Source: Balanoglossus misakiensis (taxonomy: Eukaryota; Animalia; Hemichordata). From it: 64,000 nucleotides of DNA. Below the pieces are notes generated by a model. That model made no database searches. It was not told the origin of the DNA and saw only the letters and a program-made list of their open reading frames with translations. The DNA is taken from the NCBI GenBank assembly GCA_040954595.2, contig CM082591.2, positions 458,518 to 522,517 of the forward strand, read 5' to 3'. Shown in pieces: positions 13,967 to 26,600 of the stretch. Position numbers and translations under genes: made by a program. Each line of letters starts with the position of its first letter. The first letter of the stretch is position 1.

Positions 13967-16900
13967 GTAAGTCAGTTTATGTTTTGTTCAAAATTAATTT
14001 ATTTGTATACAGTGGTTCTGGAAATGCTCTGTTTTTGAAGACCTCTGTATGATGTATCTACAAAAATATAACCTAGCTCATTCTCTAAAGTCGATCACGG
14101 CTATACACACGGACGCTGTAATTTTCAGCAACTTAGATACCTTTGTGAAATTGATCCACACATCTCTGCTGGCAGATGCTAGTGACAGTGACACCAACTG
14201 GTGACGTGTGTAAGTTGAAATGTGATATACAAGTCCAACAAAAAACCATAATGGAACTGAAGGAAGCACACATATTATAGAACCAAATAAAAGCATGAAG
14301 AAATTCGTGAGCACCTTCTAAAGGGACACTGTAAAATTATCCAATCTTTTTATTCTGTGTATCAAATGCTGTCCTGTTTCCTGCGGCAGTACCGGTGTAC
14401 TCTGCTTCACACTGTAAACTAACGAGGAGCTCATTGTTATAATCTTTATTGATGAATGTATTTAGTAATTCAAAAAGTATGGGATCGTGAATTGCTGTTA
14501 TAGTCTTGACGAACACACATGCCATGAGTTGACACGCGAAATACTAGATACTTTCACATGCCTAAGGGAGTACAAGGAGAAGCTTGGGTTGATACACAGA
14601 ACAAGAATTACCGGTAAAACATCAAAGGTTACACGTTCTCCCTGTTAATTGATACAAATTGGAACGATAACCCCGGTATAAAAATCATTATGAGGGTAAT
14701 GGAAGATGCTTGCCGTGGGCGTTGGGAATAGTACGATTACAACAAGTTTGAACATGACGTGCATGTAATTTGAATCTTGCTGCTCGACTGAGCTTCCCCT
14801 GGCTAGAATTGGCATGGATTAGAATCAGTATATATAGTTGTCTTGCACGCGATGGCCCAGCACTTCCTTGATACGTAATCCTACACCTGCTTGTTTTCAA
14901 AATTTTACTTCTGTCAAACTCAGAGAAATCCAGCCAGGATATCAACTATTTAGGGCTGATATAGAAAAAATAGATTTAAATAATAAATTACCTACAGTAT
15001 GTGTTTGCGTATAAGTTTACAGAAGGAATAATCAAATATGTAAATTTTCATGGCAAACAAAAATCTGTACTGATAGTCTATGTATTTTTTATAAGCATGT
15101 CATTGCATCTTGTCATTGCAACGGATTGTCAATGACTTTACTGACAAGGTTGCCACCACTCGTGGTGAGTTCTATGCATATGTTTTTCTGCGAATCGATA
15201 TGTTTGAGTTGATCACCTTCCAGGCATAAGACGTAAGTGTCAATGCGACTCACACTTCTATGTCTTCTCGAGGTTGTGCCTGTTAATGTAGTGACAGCAC
15301 GTTTTCAATGATGGAACATTCATAATAAAATTACTGAAAAACAGCCAAACGTCAAAGCTTATATCTATCTGCAGACTAATCTATTGACGAGTGTGAGTGC
15401 ACGAATCTCCCTTCGCTTTTGTAAAATATCTCTTCAATTCAGTTCAATTTATTATATGATCGATTATTTTACAATTAAATTAATTAATAGCTCAATGAGT
15501 ACCGACGTAACATGGCAGTTACGTGTTGGCATTCTCCTAGTCAAACTAAAGAGTTTGTTGATCATTTCATCATTTGCCATAGTCCTGCTTTAAATATTTC
15601 CAACTACATTCAGCAGTGTAGTCTAGCTGTCTTTCATCTGGAAAACTGTATCAAGTCGCATGTTTTCTATTCAGACATACGCATGCGCCCTGCGACGATA
15701 CCGGCCTTTGTGAAATGATCTCTATGCCCTGTTGGTCTCCATTCATTGCACGCAAGTCTTTAATTCTTGTGTGCGCTTCTGAAGTTGCCGACCAATTAGT
15801 GAAATCTATCGACCAAAACAGTGTGGCTACTTATTACGTGAATCATATCAAAGCTTTATTCAAACGTTTGTCACACGGGCATTTGTCCGAACATTGTCCA
15901 TGTTACACACGCATGCTTTTCTGTAGAAGTCTGTCGTACTGCAAGCTTTAGATAGGAATCTATAAATCCCTTCACGTATGACTGAACGATTATTCACATC
16001 ATTATTTTATCTACAAAGACTATTACATGACCATTACATCTTAAATGAACCGTAAACCTGACGTGATCGGTTTCAGAAATGAACAGCGAGTACTTATTAA
16101 ATGGGGCACGTATTCAATGCAAAGTACGTTGTTTTCGACGAAAAATTATGTTGATCATGGTACCAGAGATTTTGCAAACCCAATTTATTTGAAGTATGTC
16201 AACAACAGTGACGAGGAATTTCGTTCTTGCACGTTCCATGCCAGACGAGAGACAGTTGGTGAAAAAACAAACATGTCTGGAGCTCTTAAATGATCACCAC
16301 AACGGTTCAATCTGTATGTACTAATTTTCACGCAGTTCCAGAAATACATGTATACTGATAAACACCACTTCAATCTGTATTAGGGAAAGGTTGTTAAAAA
16401 ATCTCAACTGCTCTAACTAATGTACCATCATACATGCACGTTCTGTCTGAAGGCTCTTCTTAATAAATTGTGATGTTCAATGGCTCTGGGATTCAAAAAG
16501 AACAAACTTTGTCTTTCCTTCAGAAAGGTCTGGTACGATTTTCAAGTGATTATCTTCAGAATCCCAAAAGGGCAACCTCACTGTTGACATTTTGTTTACT
16601 TTGACACGACTTATGATACTTAAGACCAAAGCTCCGAAATAAATGCATGCTCATACCTTACTAATTGATTGTGGTATTATTGCGTACTTGACCATTTTAA
16701 TTGGACCTATACATTAAATACAAATATATTAGTACGGTTTAAAGAGTTAACTTTGCTACTTAAAACTTTTGTGTAAACTTTGCTTTCATCACTGTAATTT
16801 AGTTGGAATATACGGTACTATTGTACCATTTTTCTTTCTCCTTTATTTGTGCAATTGAAACATTTTGTGAATCCCTTTCAACTGAAGTCTGCGCCTGGGT

Positions 16901-19900
16901 GGATATGTCATTTTTTCATTTGACGTTCCTGTTTAGACTTTGCACAATCAAAATGTGAGAAACACAGCGCTGAAGACAAAGTTTTCCTGTTTTTTATTGT
17001 CTGAGCATGCGTGGAGTGGTTGCAGTTGAGAGAACAAACTGCCATCAGTTTATAAACATGCAAATCTGGAATGCTGCAAGAGTATATACAACACATGGAA
17101 CAGATGTTCATTAATGTTACATTTTTGTGTCTTCAGATTTCCGTTACTGTCAAATGTTATAAAGATCAGTGCGGATTTTCTTTCAGCTTAGGTAAAAATA
17201 TACTATCTTTGTCTTGATTTCCTTTTTTCCTGTACATACTGGGTAAACTAATAAATGCAAAGTCCTCGCAACTAAGCAAAAACGTCAAATAAATGAGCAG
17301 ATGTGGCAATTTTTAGAACTTATCAGAGTATGATTTCAAAGATGTCCTGAGATCTAAGACTGTATACAACACAAATCAATTGAAAAACAATCGCAAATCA
17401 ATATGTTGATGTATGTCACTCGCCAGACACTGCTTTTCATTGCTAAAAAGTTGTTCTCAATCAATAATAAAGTCTGGTGGAATATTTATGGGTATACTTA
17501 AAAATGCAAGAGAAATTAATCTGCCTGAATAGCCATGCATTAATTTTTCAATATTCACACAAGCACCGGAAATTCAGCATGCAAAGAATATTAGTTTATC
17601 AGGTTCAATCGAACATCCATGAAAGTTTAATCTCTCTTCACTAAAAACCACATTTGCTATTTTAAAAATATGCATCACCAATATACAATTTTCTTTTCAA
17701 ATGAATATTTGCATATCTTGGCATATAAATATGTTTTCGGGTTCCCTTAGAAGAGATGTGCCTTTCAGTACATTAGACCTTTTACATCTTCATGATAAAT
17801 ATCAAGTGTGTGGTGGGTGCCATGGTAGTAAAGTGAGGGTAAATATATCAGTTATTTGCAGAACATATTCCATGCCTGTTACACGACTGCAGCGTACAGT
17901 AGAGTGCTGGCTTGTCACATTGTGCAAGGCATACGTGTCTCTTTCAAGGCAAATAGTATCATTGCCCTTCAAAGGGCCCTTGAAAGGTTAAATTGAAGTG
18001 GACTCTGGCTGATACATGTAGGTGTAACGTCAAATTTGCGGATTCATATTCAGACATTGGCGAACCAGAGTGGAGTTTTGGCGATTTCATGTTTCATTCG
18101 GTAAATTATCTTGTGTTTACATGGTTTCGTCACTGATTAGATCACTGTGAGTCATAATATAACTCCTTGATTTTTTTGTGATCAAACAATTTGTTTCAAG
18201 CGAAGTCAATTCCTCTTAGTTGTGGCATTACACCCATGGGAAGGTTAGTGTATTACAACGGACGGCAGGTAACAACCAGTGGCGCCGTAAGAAGGATGTG
18301 TTGCCATGGAAACAAAATCAGCGCCAACGCACTGCTGTAACAACTGCACCTACTCGTGAATCAAAACATTCTTCCTTCTCGCGTTATGTATGAAAACTGA
18401 CAGAACCTCCAGACGGATACAAGAAATATCATAAAGGTTTTAAAATGATGGAGCTTTCATTGAGTTGAATTAGCATAGGCAAGGCAAACTTAAATGATTG
18501 CGACAGTGTATGTGACTTTCAATTTGATCACATGGGGTCAGTTCATGTCCCATGGAGAAATATAAACTATCCTCTTTATTGAAGTTTATAGTTCACTGTA
18601 TCATTGTATGCTTTCCACAATATCCGTGCTGTTTTCCGGTGTTTTGTAATGAAATCTTCCTAATAAGAATAAATAGTAGGAAGAATAGTCGTAGTAATTA
18701 GAATAAATGGCATGAAAATTCACAGTGAGCGATTGGAATCTTGCATGACATCAAAATTCTACCATCTGCGATTAGCAAACACTATACCGTACATATGACA
18801 GACGTCGAGTGTTTTCATGACTGTAGGCAACAAACTAAATCAGAAACAAACACAATTACGGCGACTAAGATAAAATAAACAAGGTACTTTCAACGTGATG
18901 TACTCTTCTATCGATCGCACTTCCGGCGATAAATTCAGCTTTTGTCTACCTGCATAGACACGACGCCGATGGTATGGTCATATTCCGTGACCGAGTCACT
19001 GACCTACATTCAATCAATCACCATAATAATTTATGTACCCCACAAACTGTTGTAAGATATCCAGCAATAATCGCACAATTCAACTGAACTCTATGAAACT
19101 GCAGCGACATTTTTGTTAAGTAAAAGTATTAGATTTGGAGTATTTTAACGAAAATAATACAGTAGAACAGTGACATGTAAACAATTTTCAGGCTATTTTC
19201 AAGATCTTATTATCACAAAGTAGTTCCAATCAATGTTATTGTAGATGAAAAACGCATTAAGGACCAGACTTAAAAGTTAAATGTACTCATGTAAAGTAAT
19301 AGTATTTGCACACTTGAAATTCAACTGGTACTAGATTGATCAACATGCCTTAAAGCAGTAATTTCTTGTTACAGTCCAAAAAAGCCGAAAACAAAATCAA
19401 CTTAGCCAAACTAAACTATCAAATCTTTTACAAAACAGCTTTAAGATATTTACGAGAGGCAATATCTGATTTGAGTTCATTCAATATATTTATCGTCTGA
19501 TTACTTGGAAATTTTGCATGCAGGTCCCTTGGTGCCATCTACTGTAAATCAGATTTGTTCAAATTACGGCAGAATCTGCAATATTACATTTTGAGGGTCA
19601 ATTGCCTTTTTGGTGCAAAAAAACTTCTCAGAATACGTGTTCGAATCAAGCAAAAGCACCAAAAGCAAAAATATTGCGGCGTCTTATTCATAAACCTCAA
19701 GGTATAGACATTGTCTGCACATTGTGTGTAGGGTAATTAAGCCACATGTGTTCACCATCCAGACGATTATATTAACTATCATCTGCTTGTTTCCTTCTGC
19801 CAAGATTTCCCGCCGTTCTCATGCTGCGCTCTACATATTGCCGTCTGGAGAACATGTTTTGTCTTTATCTCAATATGCCATGTAGGAGCCGTTCAGCAAA

Positions 19901-22900
19901 GTAATGACATGTACAAGCTCTGAGATTCCTATTTGTCGGCTCTAAATCTCTAAATGTTTATGGATCTCCCGCCGAATGAAAAATGATACCGACGCAGGAA
20001 TTTCTATTCTTGGGAAGTCTGTAACCGTCGGCGACACATTAATTTGAAATTAGCCTTATAATGACGTCATTGCTATCATTTTAGAAGTTAAATACACACA
20101 GCAGTTCGAGGGATGATGATAATTATTAGCTGACAGCCTTAATGATGCCATGTATTTAAAATTCATATGGACTAATATTTCTGCCGGACACACTGATCAT
20201 GCTCCAACTAAACAAGTTCATACACTTGCCGCAAATGTCATGATTGGAATATGACCATTGCACATTCTATGCAAAGCGGAATCTGTCGGAGAATTCTGCA
20301 TGTCCAACATCTAAACATGACCCTGCATTAACGTGATCTAAAAGAAAACATGGCTGTTATTTCAGTTCTGAAGCTAAACACCGAAAAGTGCTTGGAACCG
20401 CGGTGCTCTGGGGAAATTACAAGTCAATATCTAGCATACTTGAAATATTGTTAATTTCTCCCAAAATTGTGACTGTTAATAACTCTGATCCACTTACACA
20501 GGAAAAAGTAGTTTTTGTCGAAAGTGAATGAGATGCAAATCTATAAAATGAGAGACTAATGGATTTTTCAAGTGGCATATCCGAGAAAGCAAGTGAACTA
20601 TATTCACGTACTATGAATCGACGTTCTAGCAAGTTTTCTGTACAGAACACACATGATGGCCGCTGTCCATGCAAGCAAACTAAATACATGTATTGTGTAT
20701 GTATAGTTTTAGCTGAATACTTTTCTTCTTCAAATAGAACCTTTAATCGGGACAGAAAAATTAGTTGCCTACCCATATATGTGAAATGAAACTTCTTTTG
20801 CCACCATATTCTGTGTTGACTGTTGTGTGCTAACTGGCCAATTTATTTCCAGTTTCATTTACCTTGACCAACAGTTTCCAATAAATTTGAAACACATCTA
20901 CACTACTGGTAATATTATCTGAGTAATGCTACTGCCCTACATTCACAGTGAATCCTGACATGAGTGAACAGATATTAACTAGAAAAAGACTCTCTGTAGA
21001 GCTGCTACGTGCAGAAAGTGTCGTCTGCCAACGGTAGATCAACACACAAAGTATGTGCCCAGTATGATTTCGAGTGAATGGTAATCTCTCCCGCCGTTCT
21101 GGTGTAAACAGATTTCTACTGGGATGTCTAACTTCACTTCTCAATCACAGCAAAGTGCAAATATATGTCTGTTTACAGGCTGTGGATGACGTATAATTCT
21201 TTGCAATTCGTTGGCCTCAAAATATATTGCATCTCTCAATACGATTAATGTAAGCTATATATGAGTACTTTACCATCCCCAAAATAACATTCATTAATAA
21301 CACAGTACCCAGATGAATAAGGTACGAGCACCTGTATATATTTATAGTCAATAATAATAATAGATGCACTGTACCGGTAATCCTGTTATTCCATTTTGGT
21401 TTTAATTCCAGGACCCCAAATTTCTACAGTATTACCCGACCTTGTTGGTGTGAAGATTACAGACGTATTCTCAATCAACAGGCCAATTATTGGTTTTACT
21501 TGGGATGAAGTAAGTAATATATATGAAAATTTAATCTTGAATTAGCCTGTTCAGCTAAAGCCTACAAAATTGGCAGACTGGACTGAGAAACCTTTATGAA
21601 GAACTTCTTTAAAATATGCACCCATGTAGGCAAATACTTTATCCCATTCCTAATTCAGTGTTCCTCACTGTTTCCACTTGACAGAATAAAAAAGAGATTA
21701 TATTCACTCAGATGAATATGAAACAGACTAAATGCTGTTTCAGACAGTGTGACGCTGTCATAATTTGCGTCACTTGCATTTTTGCACAGTGTGTGAAGTG
21801 TGACGCACACTGAGATTGTTATGCTGATGATATTAATCACATTTTACCTTCACTGCCTTTGTTAACTTAGTGTCTGATATTCCCATTTTCATATATCACT
21901 GTTTTTGATATCACATGGCTCAAATGGTTTCAGCTTTAATGCTTACTTACAATCAACAAAATAATTACGTCACAATGCCCCCAGATTCCTTGTATGAGAG
22001 TAAATATGTTTCCACCATAACACAAAAACATGCAGGACGTAAGTGGCATGACAGATGTCGTATAAATACTTTCCAGAATTGCCTTATATGGGCACCCTTG
22101 AGGCAGACGTGATGTTGATGGAATAAAGATGAAATAACATCATCTCTACTTCAGGCTATTTCATGAATTAATACACAGAGATATTTTTCTGTAAATATTC
22201 ACCAACTACAGCTTAATTATCATGAGGCCTGGCCTCAAAGCATGTTTTAGGATCTCCGTAGTGAATGGCAACGCAATGATCAATGCATCACCCATTACCA
22301 GAATGTTTCAATGAAAATTGTGTTCTTTTCTGGAATATTTACGGCAACATACACCCAGACAGATCATCTGTTATTCTATGTTAGAACAGTATGTTTTGCT
22401 GAGTGTCTGACTGACTGACTGACTGACTGGCTGCTTTTTAATGAATTTTAATATAAAGACAAAGGGAAGTGAGGACTGCAGGGTACCTACTTAGCACATC
22501 AATTTATCTTTTAAAAAATCTAACTATTTCATGCTGCTATTTATTCCAGCTTATCGTTCATACCAACAACATCTTCGAAATAGCGTCAATCGATAGAGTG
22601 AATGCTGACACGGTGTTTGCACGGCGTACCAGCGCGCCCAATCACAAGAAGACAACAGTGCCCCCAACTGGTCTCCTGGCTGTCAATTCCACCAATCGGA
22701 GAGCATCAAAAAGTATCAGCAGCAAACATGCCAAGCCTAACTATGATGTCACAAGTGAACTCAAGGCCTTTGAACAATGCACTGGAGAAAACAATGAAGT
22801 ACAGAAAGGTAACAACTCTTTTTTTTTGGCACATGGCTATTAACCCACAACTGATTTCAATGCTAACTTTATATCTTGACCAGTTGTGTAGATTCAATGC

Positions 22901-25900
22901 TGTATTCGTCATGCATATTCTATAGTGTTAATATGAGAGATGAATGGTAGTGCACCTTGAACTGCATATGTCAGTATTGGTACGCTCTCAATGTATGATT
23001 ACCTATAAGTCTTTTGTTCTTAAGGGATCATAGAGTCGGAAAGTGAGGACGAAAACAGCCTGCGACCACGACGGTTGTACCTTAAAGGTCAAATGAAATA
23101 CATGGCCCAGTGGAATTGTATGATATACCTCTGCTCACCGCTGTAAGTTAATGACCACCTCCATGGAAATTTCAGATGTAATCCTCTAAATATCATGCTG
23201 AGCAGTTTAGTAAACTACAGATTGATATCCTATAAGACTTGTGTAGTAATGAGAGGACACTCCTGTGATATCATATTATAAATACAATGGCACATTGTTT
23301 AAATGGTCAAATGCCATTGTCACAATTGTCTGCAAGAATATTATTGTAATATTAGCCTAATTTTCATTGTTATTTATACATTATTTATGTTTTTCTGTTT
23401 TCCTAAGGATGCCTAACTTAGATGCAATGTTCCGTACGGGTCTCTACATTAACGATCTCAGTTTACACGACTCGAGTAGAGATCTTGTGTTGGCTGGGAC
23501 ACAGCAGTCAGTAGAGTTAAAATTAGCCTTAGACCAGGTAAATAAATTTCATTCTGACAATGTCAAAGAAAGACCTTTGCAAGCATGAATCATTTCATTT
23601 GTAGTGTACCGCTATGTGTAGAGATTTTTATAATAACACTTAAGTCACTTCGAGGTCTTTATGTGTGTAATTTACTAGCTGTAATCTTGAGTAATGTTTT
23701 CGTCAATCTTTTTCTTATTTTGTTCCCCATTGTAGGAGCAAAGAAAGAGTGCCAAACTGGCAGAAAGTATGAAGAAATTGGACATTGAAATGAAGCGTAC
23801 AGATTCTCTTTTGTACCAGATGATCCCGCGACAAGTGGCAGAAAGGTTGCGCAGAGGAGAGCCAGCCCTTAGTACATGCGAGGTGAGAGGATTATTTCTT
23901 TAATAACCTTGTCTGACCAACATTTTGGCATTTCAGTTTGCATGTTTGTTACTTTGATATCAAAGCTCGAATCTGACTTAAAATTGTCACATGCCCACTT
24001 GCAGTAGTTGTACCGGTAGTTCTGCATTTCTTACACTATTGTGGACATTTTTATTTGTTTTGTAGGTCTTTAAGGATGTGACAATTTTGTTCAGTGATGT
24101 AGTGGGATTTACACAGATCTGTTCAATGATAACACCAATGGCTGTGGTATCCATGCTGAATGCTATGTACAGCAAATTTGACAAACTCACAGAACAACAC
24201 AAAGTTTACAAGGTATGTATCAAAGTATATATATGTTTGTGTGTGTGTGCAAGGGTGTGCCTGTATGTATGAGCCTGTGAATGTGTGTGTTGTGTGTGTG
24301 TGTACTGTAGATAATATTGTAAAACACTTTATTTTCGCAAGTTGAAATTTTCGCGATATCAAGAGAGGCCAGTTTCGCGAGTATTAATTTTCGCGTTCTC
24401 TTATTTCATTCACTCTATCTTATCTTCAAAAAAATTGATGTGACTTTTTATTTTCACATTATTTTGGCTCTCGCGTATTTCGCGAAAATTCATTGCTTGC
24501 AAAAATAAAGTGTTTTACAGTAGTTATACCTGATACCAATTATTGTATACAACAGGTGGAGACCATTGGAGACGCCTACATGGTGGTATCCGGAGCTCCA
24601 ACCAAGACAAAGTATCACGCTGAACACATCGCAGACATGGCGCTTGACATGGTGACTGGAATGCGAGGACTTAAAGATCCAGCATCTGGTGACTTCATGA
24701 AAATTAGAATCGGTATGTTGTCTGAGATAGTAAAGATGATTGTGGTACTTACATTCTTGATGATAATCCATGCTTGGGTTTAGTTGGTCCCTCAGGCCAT
24801 TCTGTCTGTGAAGAAATTTAATAATGTTTGGTTATTTTGATATATTTTTTTAATTTATATGAATTGAACTGCAGATTTATGCTCTGATTAGATAGTAAAG
24901 ATGATTTTGGTACTTACATTTGTGATGTTAATCCATGTTTGGAATTAATTGGTCCCTCAGGCCATTTTGTCTGCGGAGAAATTTAATTAAATATTATAAT
25001 ATTTGGGTGTAGTTGGAATTTTTTATATTCATATGAATTGAACTGCAGTTTTATGCTCTAATTCCTGAACCATGATGAAATATCCACCAATGTTCATGCT
25101 GTTTTTTGACCTGTTTAATGCAACTTTGATATTAAAGTTACACCATACACTAAAATTCCCCCCTCCCTCTCTCCAGGAATTCACTCAGGTATGGTGGTGG
25201 CTGGTGTTGTCGGCTTGAAGATGCCTCGTTATTGCCTTTTTGGTGACACCGTCAACACTGCATCGCGCATGGAGACGAGTGGTGACACTATGAAGATACA
25301 CATGAGCCACACCACTAAGTTATACCTGGAGCACGCTCCTTATATACTCGTCGAGAGAGGAACATTAGATGTCAAGGTGATTGTCTTTTTTCTGTTATGA
25401 ACAATTTAACATTTCAAGTTGTTAGTCACATTGTATAAATTTTGTTTATCTGTCTTTCTTTCTGTCTATCCATTAGTCATCATTTTGTTCATCTTGTGTG
25501 CTACTTTACCTTTATTTGTCTAATGAAATTCCTACCATTCAATTTCTTTCTCATAGGGCAAAGGTGAAATGAAGACCTACTTTTTGGAAGGCAAACGAGT
25601 TTCTGTTACACAACCTAATGAAAAGACAGTTCACAATGTCAGCGTTGTAGCTGTTGCTGAGATACCAAGAAGTTCAGTCGAGAGTAAAGTGGGAGTCACT
25701 TTTGCCCAAGGAACTGAAATGCCGACAGATTCATCGTCCAAGGAGGACGAGGAATATGAAGAATACAAAAGGGACTTTCCAATGACAGCTGTTCAGAGAC
25801 GATCAGACATCGATTTATCACAAGTCAGTGAATTCTCTGTGCCTATGTCGCCACGCTCGGTGAAGTCAACACTGACTGTCAGTCCAGAAAAGGAGCCAGC

Positions 25901-26600
25901 CTTTCGTCAAAGGTCATCTTCGGCGAATTCTCAGATGTTGCCATCCCGATTGGATAGCAATTTAGAAACAGGGCCGAGTCAGCAACGTCGAAACTCGCTG
26001 GTTTCATTTCTGTCGGCCGATTACACACCTGTTAGTTTTTCTGATGTGGATAGTATCACAGAGCAAGGGCCAACCATGCAAGAACTGGAACAAATGGTGC
26101 ACAATGAAAGAGAAAGAAAGTTGGAAAAAGCGCGCCGCCGTGCAAAATCAAAGTCCAGCATGGATGAGTCGCGACAAATGGGAAAAGGCGCAAGTGGTCA
26201 GAACAACGTTGAGAAAGGTGACCAGTTGGATGATTCTTACGAACAACTGAGCACTCGGCAGAATGGAGATGGTGATGAATCTGTTCCTGGGACTTCAGGT
26301 AACATTGATAATGGCGTTGAAGGTCTGACGTCGCAAAATGAAAGGCAAGGGACTTACAGGCAGGGAAGCAGTCCTGCATCTGCTCAAAACAAGCATGGGC
26401 TTTCCCTGGAACAAAGCGGACCTCAAAACAAGAATGTTGCAAGGACTCCACTAAACCCCCAGCTTGATAATTATCATAAGACAGATAATTTAAACCACAA
26501 CATATATCCGAATAATAACAGCGAGAATAACATCATCACCGAACCGAGAAGTGATACAAAGAAAACGGCAACAAAAAGTACCACCTGCTTGTTACTTTAA
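13282..26600 (+). CDS. Gyc88E: Atypical soluble guanylate cyclase (Gyc88E-like): H-NOX, PAS/HNOBA, coiled coil, class III cyclase domain, long low-complexity tail with CaaX; ~994 aa, 10 coding exons
   Basis: Exons with GT-AG junctions and consistent phase: 13282-13966, 21412-21509, 22550-22808, 23025-23142, 23408-23537, 23736-23882, 24066-24212, 24556-24712, 25177-25376, 25557-26600 (2985 nt). Motifs: [122 protein letters not shown]. The symbol means similarity to the Drosophila atypical sGC; orthology is not proven. Confidence 0.93.
22406..22428. repeat. (GACT)n short microsatellite
   Basis: tctgactgactgactgactgact. Confidence 0.8.
24066..25376 (+). CDS. sGC catalytic-domain exons (24066-24212, 24556-24712, 25177-25376)
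   Basis: [55 protein letters not shown]; the GTP-specifying Glu (ETIGD) and Cys (RYCLF) are present. Confidence 0.95.
24315..24522. mobile_element. ~208-bp MITE in sGC intron 7 (TA-flanked, Tc1/mariner-like non-autonomous element)
   Basis: Left end tattgtaaaacactttattttcgcaag vs reverse complement of right end tactgtaaaacactttatttttgcaag (25/27 match including terminal TA); internal tttcgcg repeats. Confidence 0.8.
24725..25063. repeat. Two-copy ~165-170 bp tandem duplication in sGC intron 8
   Basis: gatagtaaagatgatt(g/t)tggtacttacatt...ggtccctcaggccatt...atatgaattgaactgcag..ttatgctct starts at ~24726 and again at ~24891. Confidence 0.85.
25557..26600 (+). CDS. sGC terminal exon: end of cyclase domain plus ~330-aa Ser/Gln/Asn-rich tail ending KSTTCLLL
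   Basis: Acceptor tcatag|GGC at 25557 continues [13 protein letters not shown]; ORF 25569-26600; stop TAA at 26598-26600. Confidence 0.9.
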   Translation, partial: GKGEMKTYFLEGKRVSVTQPNEKTVHNVSVVAVAEIPRSSVESKVGVTFAQGTEMPTDSSSKEDEEYEEYKRDFPMTAVQRRSDIDLSQVSEFSVPMSPRSVKSTLTVSPEKEPAFRQRSSSANSQMLPSRLDSNLETGPSQQRRNSLVSFLSADYTPVSFSDVDSITEQGPTMQELEQMVHNERERKLEKARRRAKSKSSMDESRQMGKGASGQNNVEKGDQLDDSYEQLSTRQNGDGDESVPGTSGNIDNGVEGLTSQNERQGTYRQGSSPASAQNKHGLSLEQSGPQNKNVARTPLNPQLDNYHKTDNLNHNIYPNNNSENNIITEPRSDTKKTATKSTTCLLL

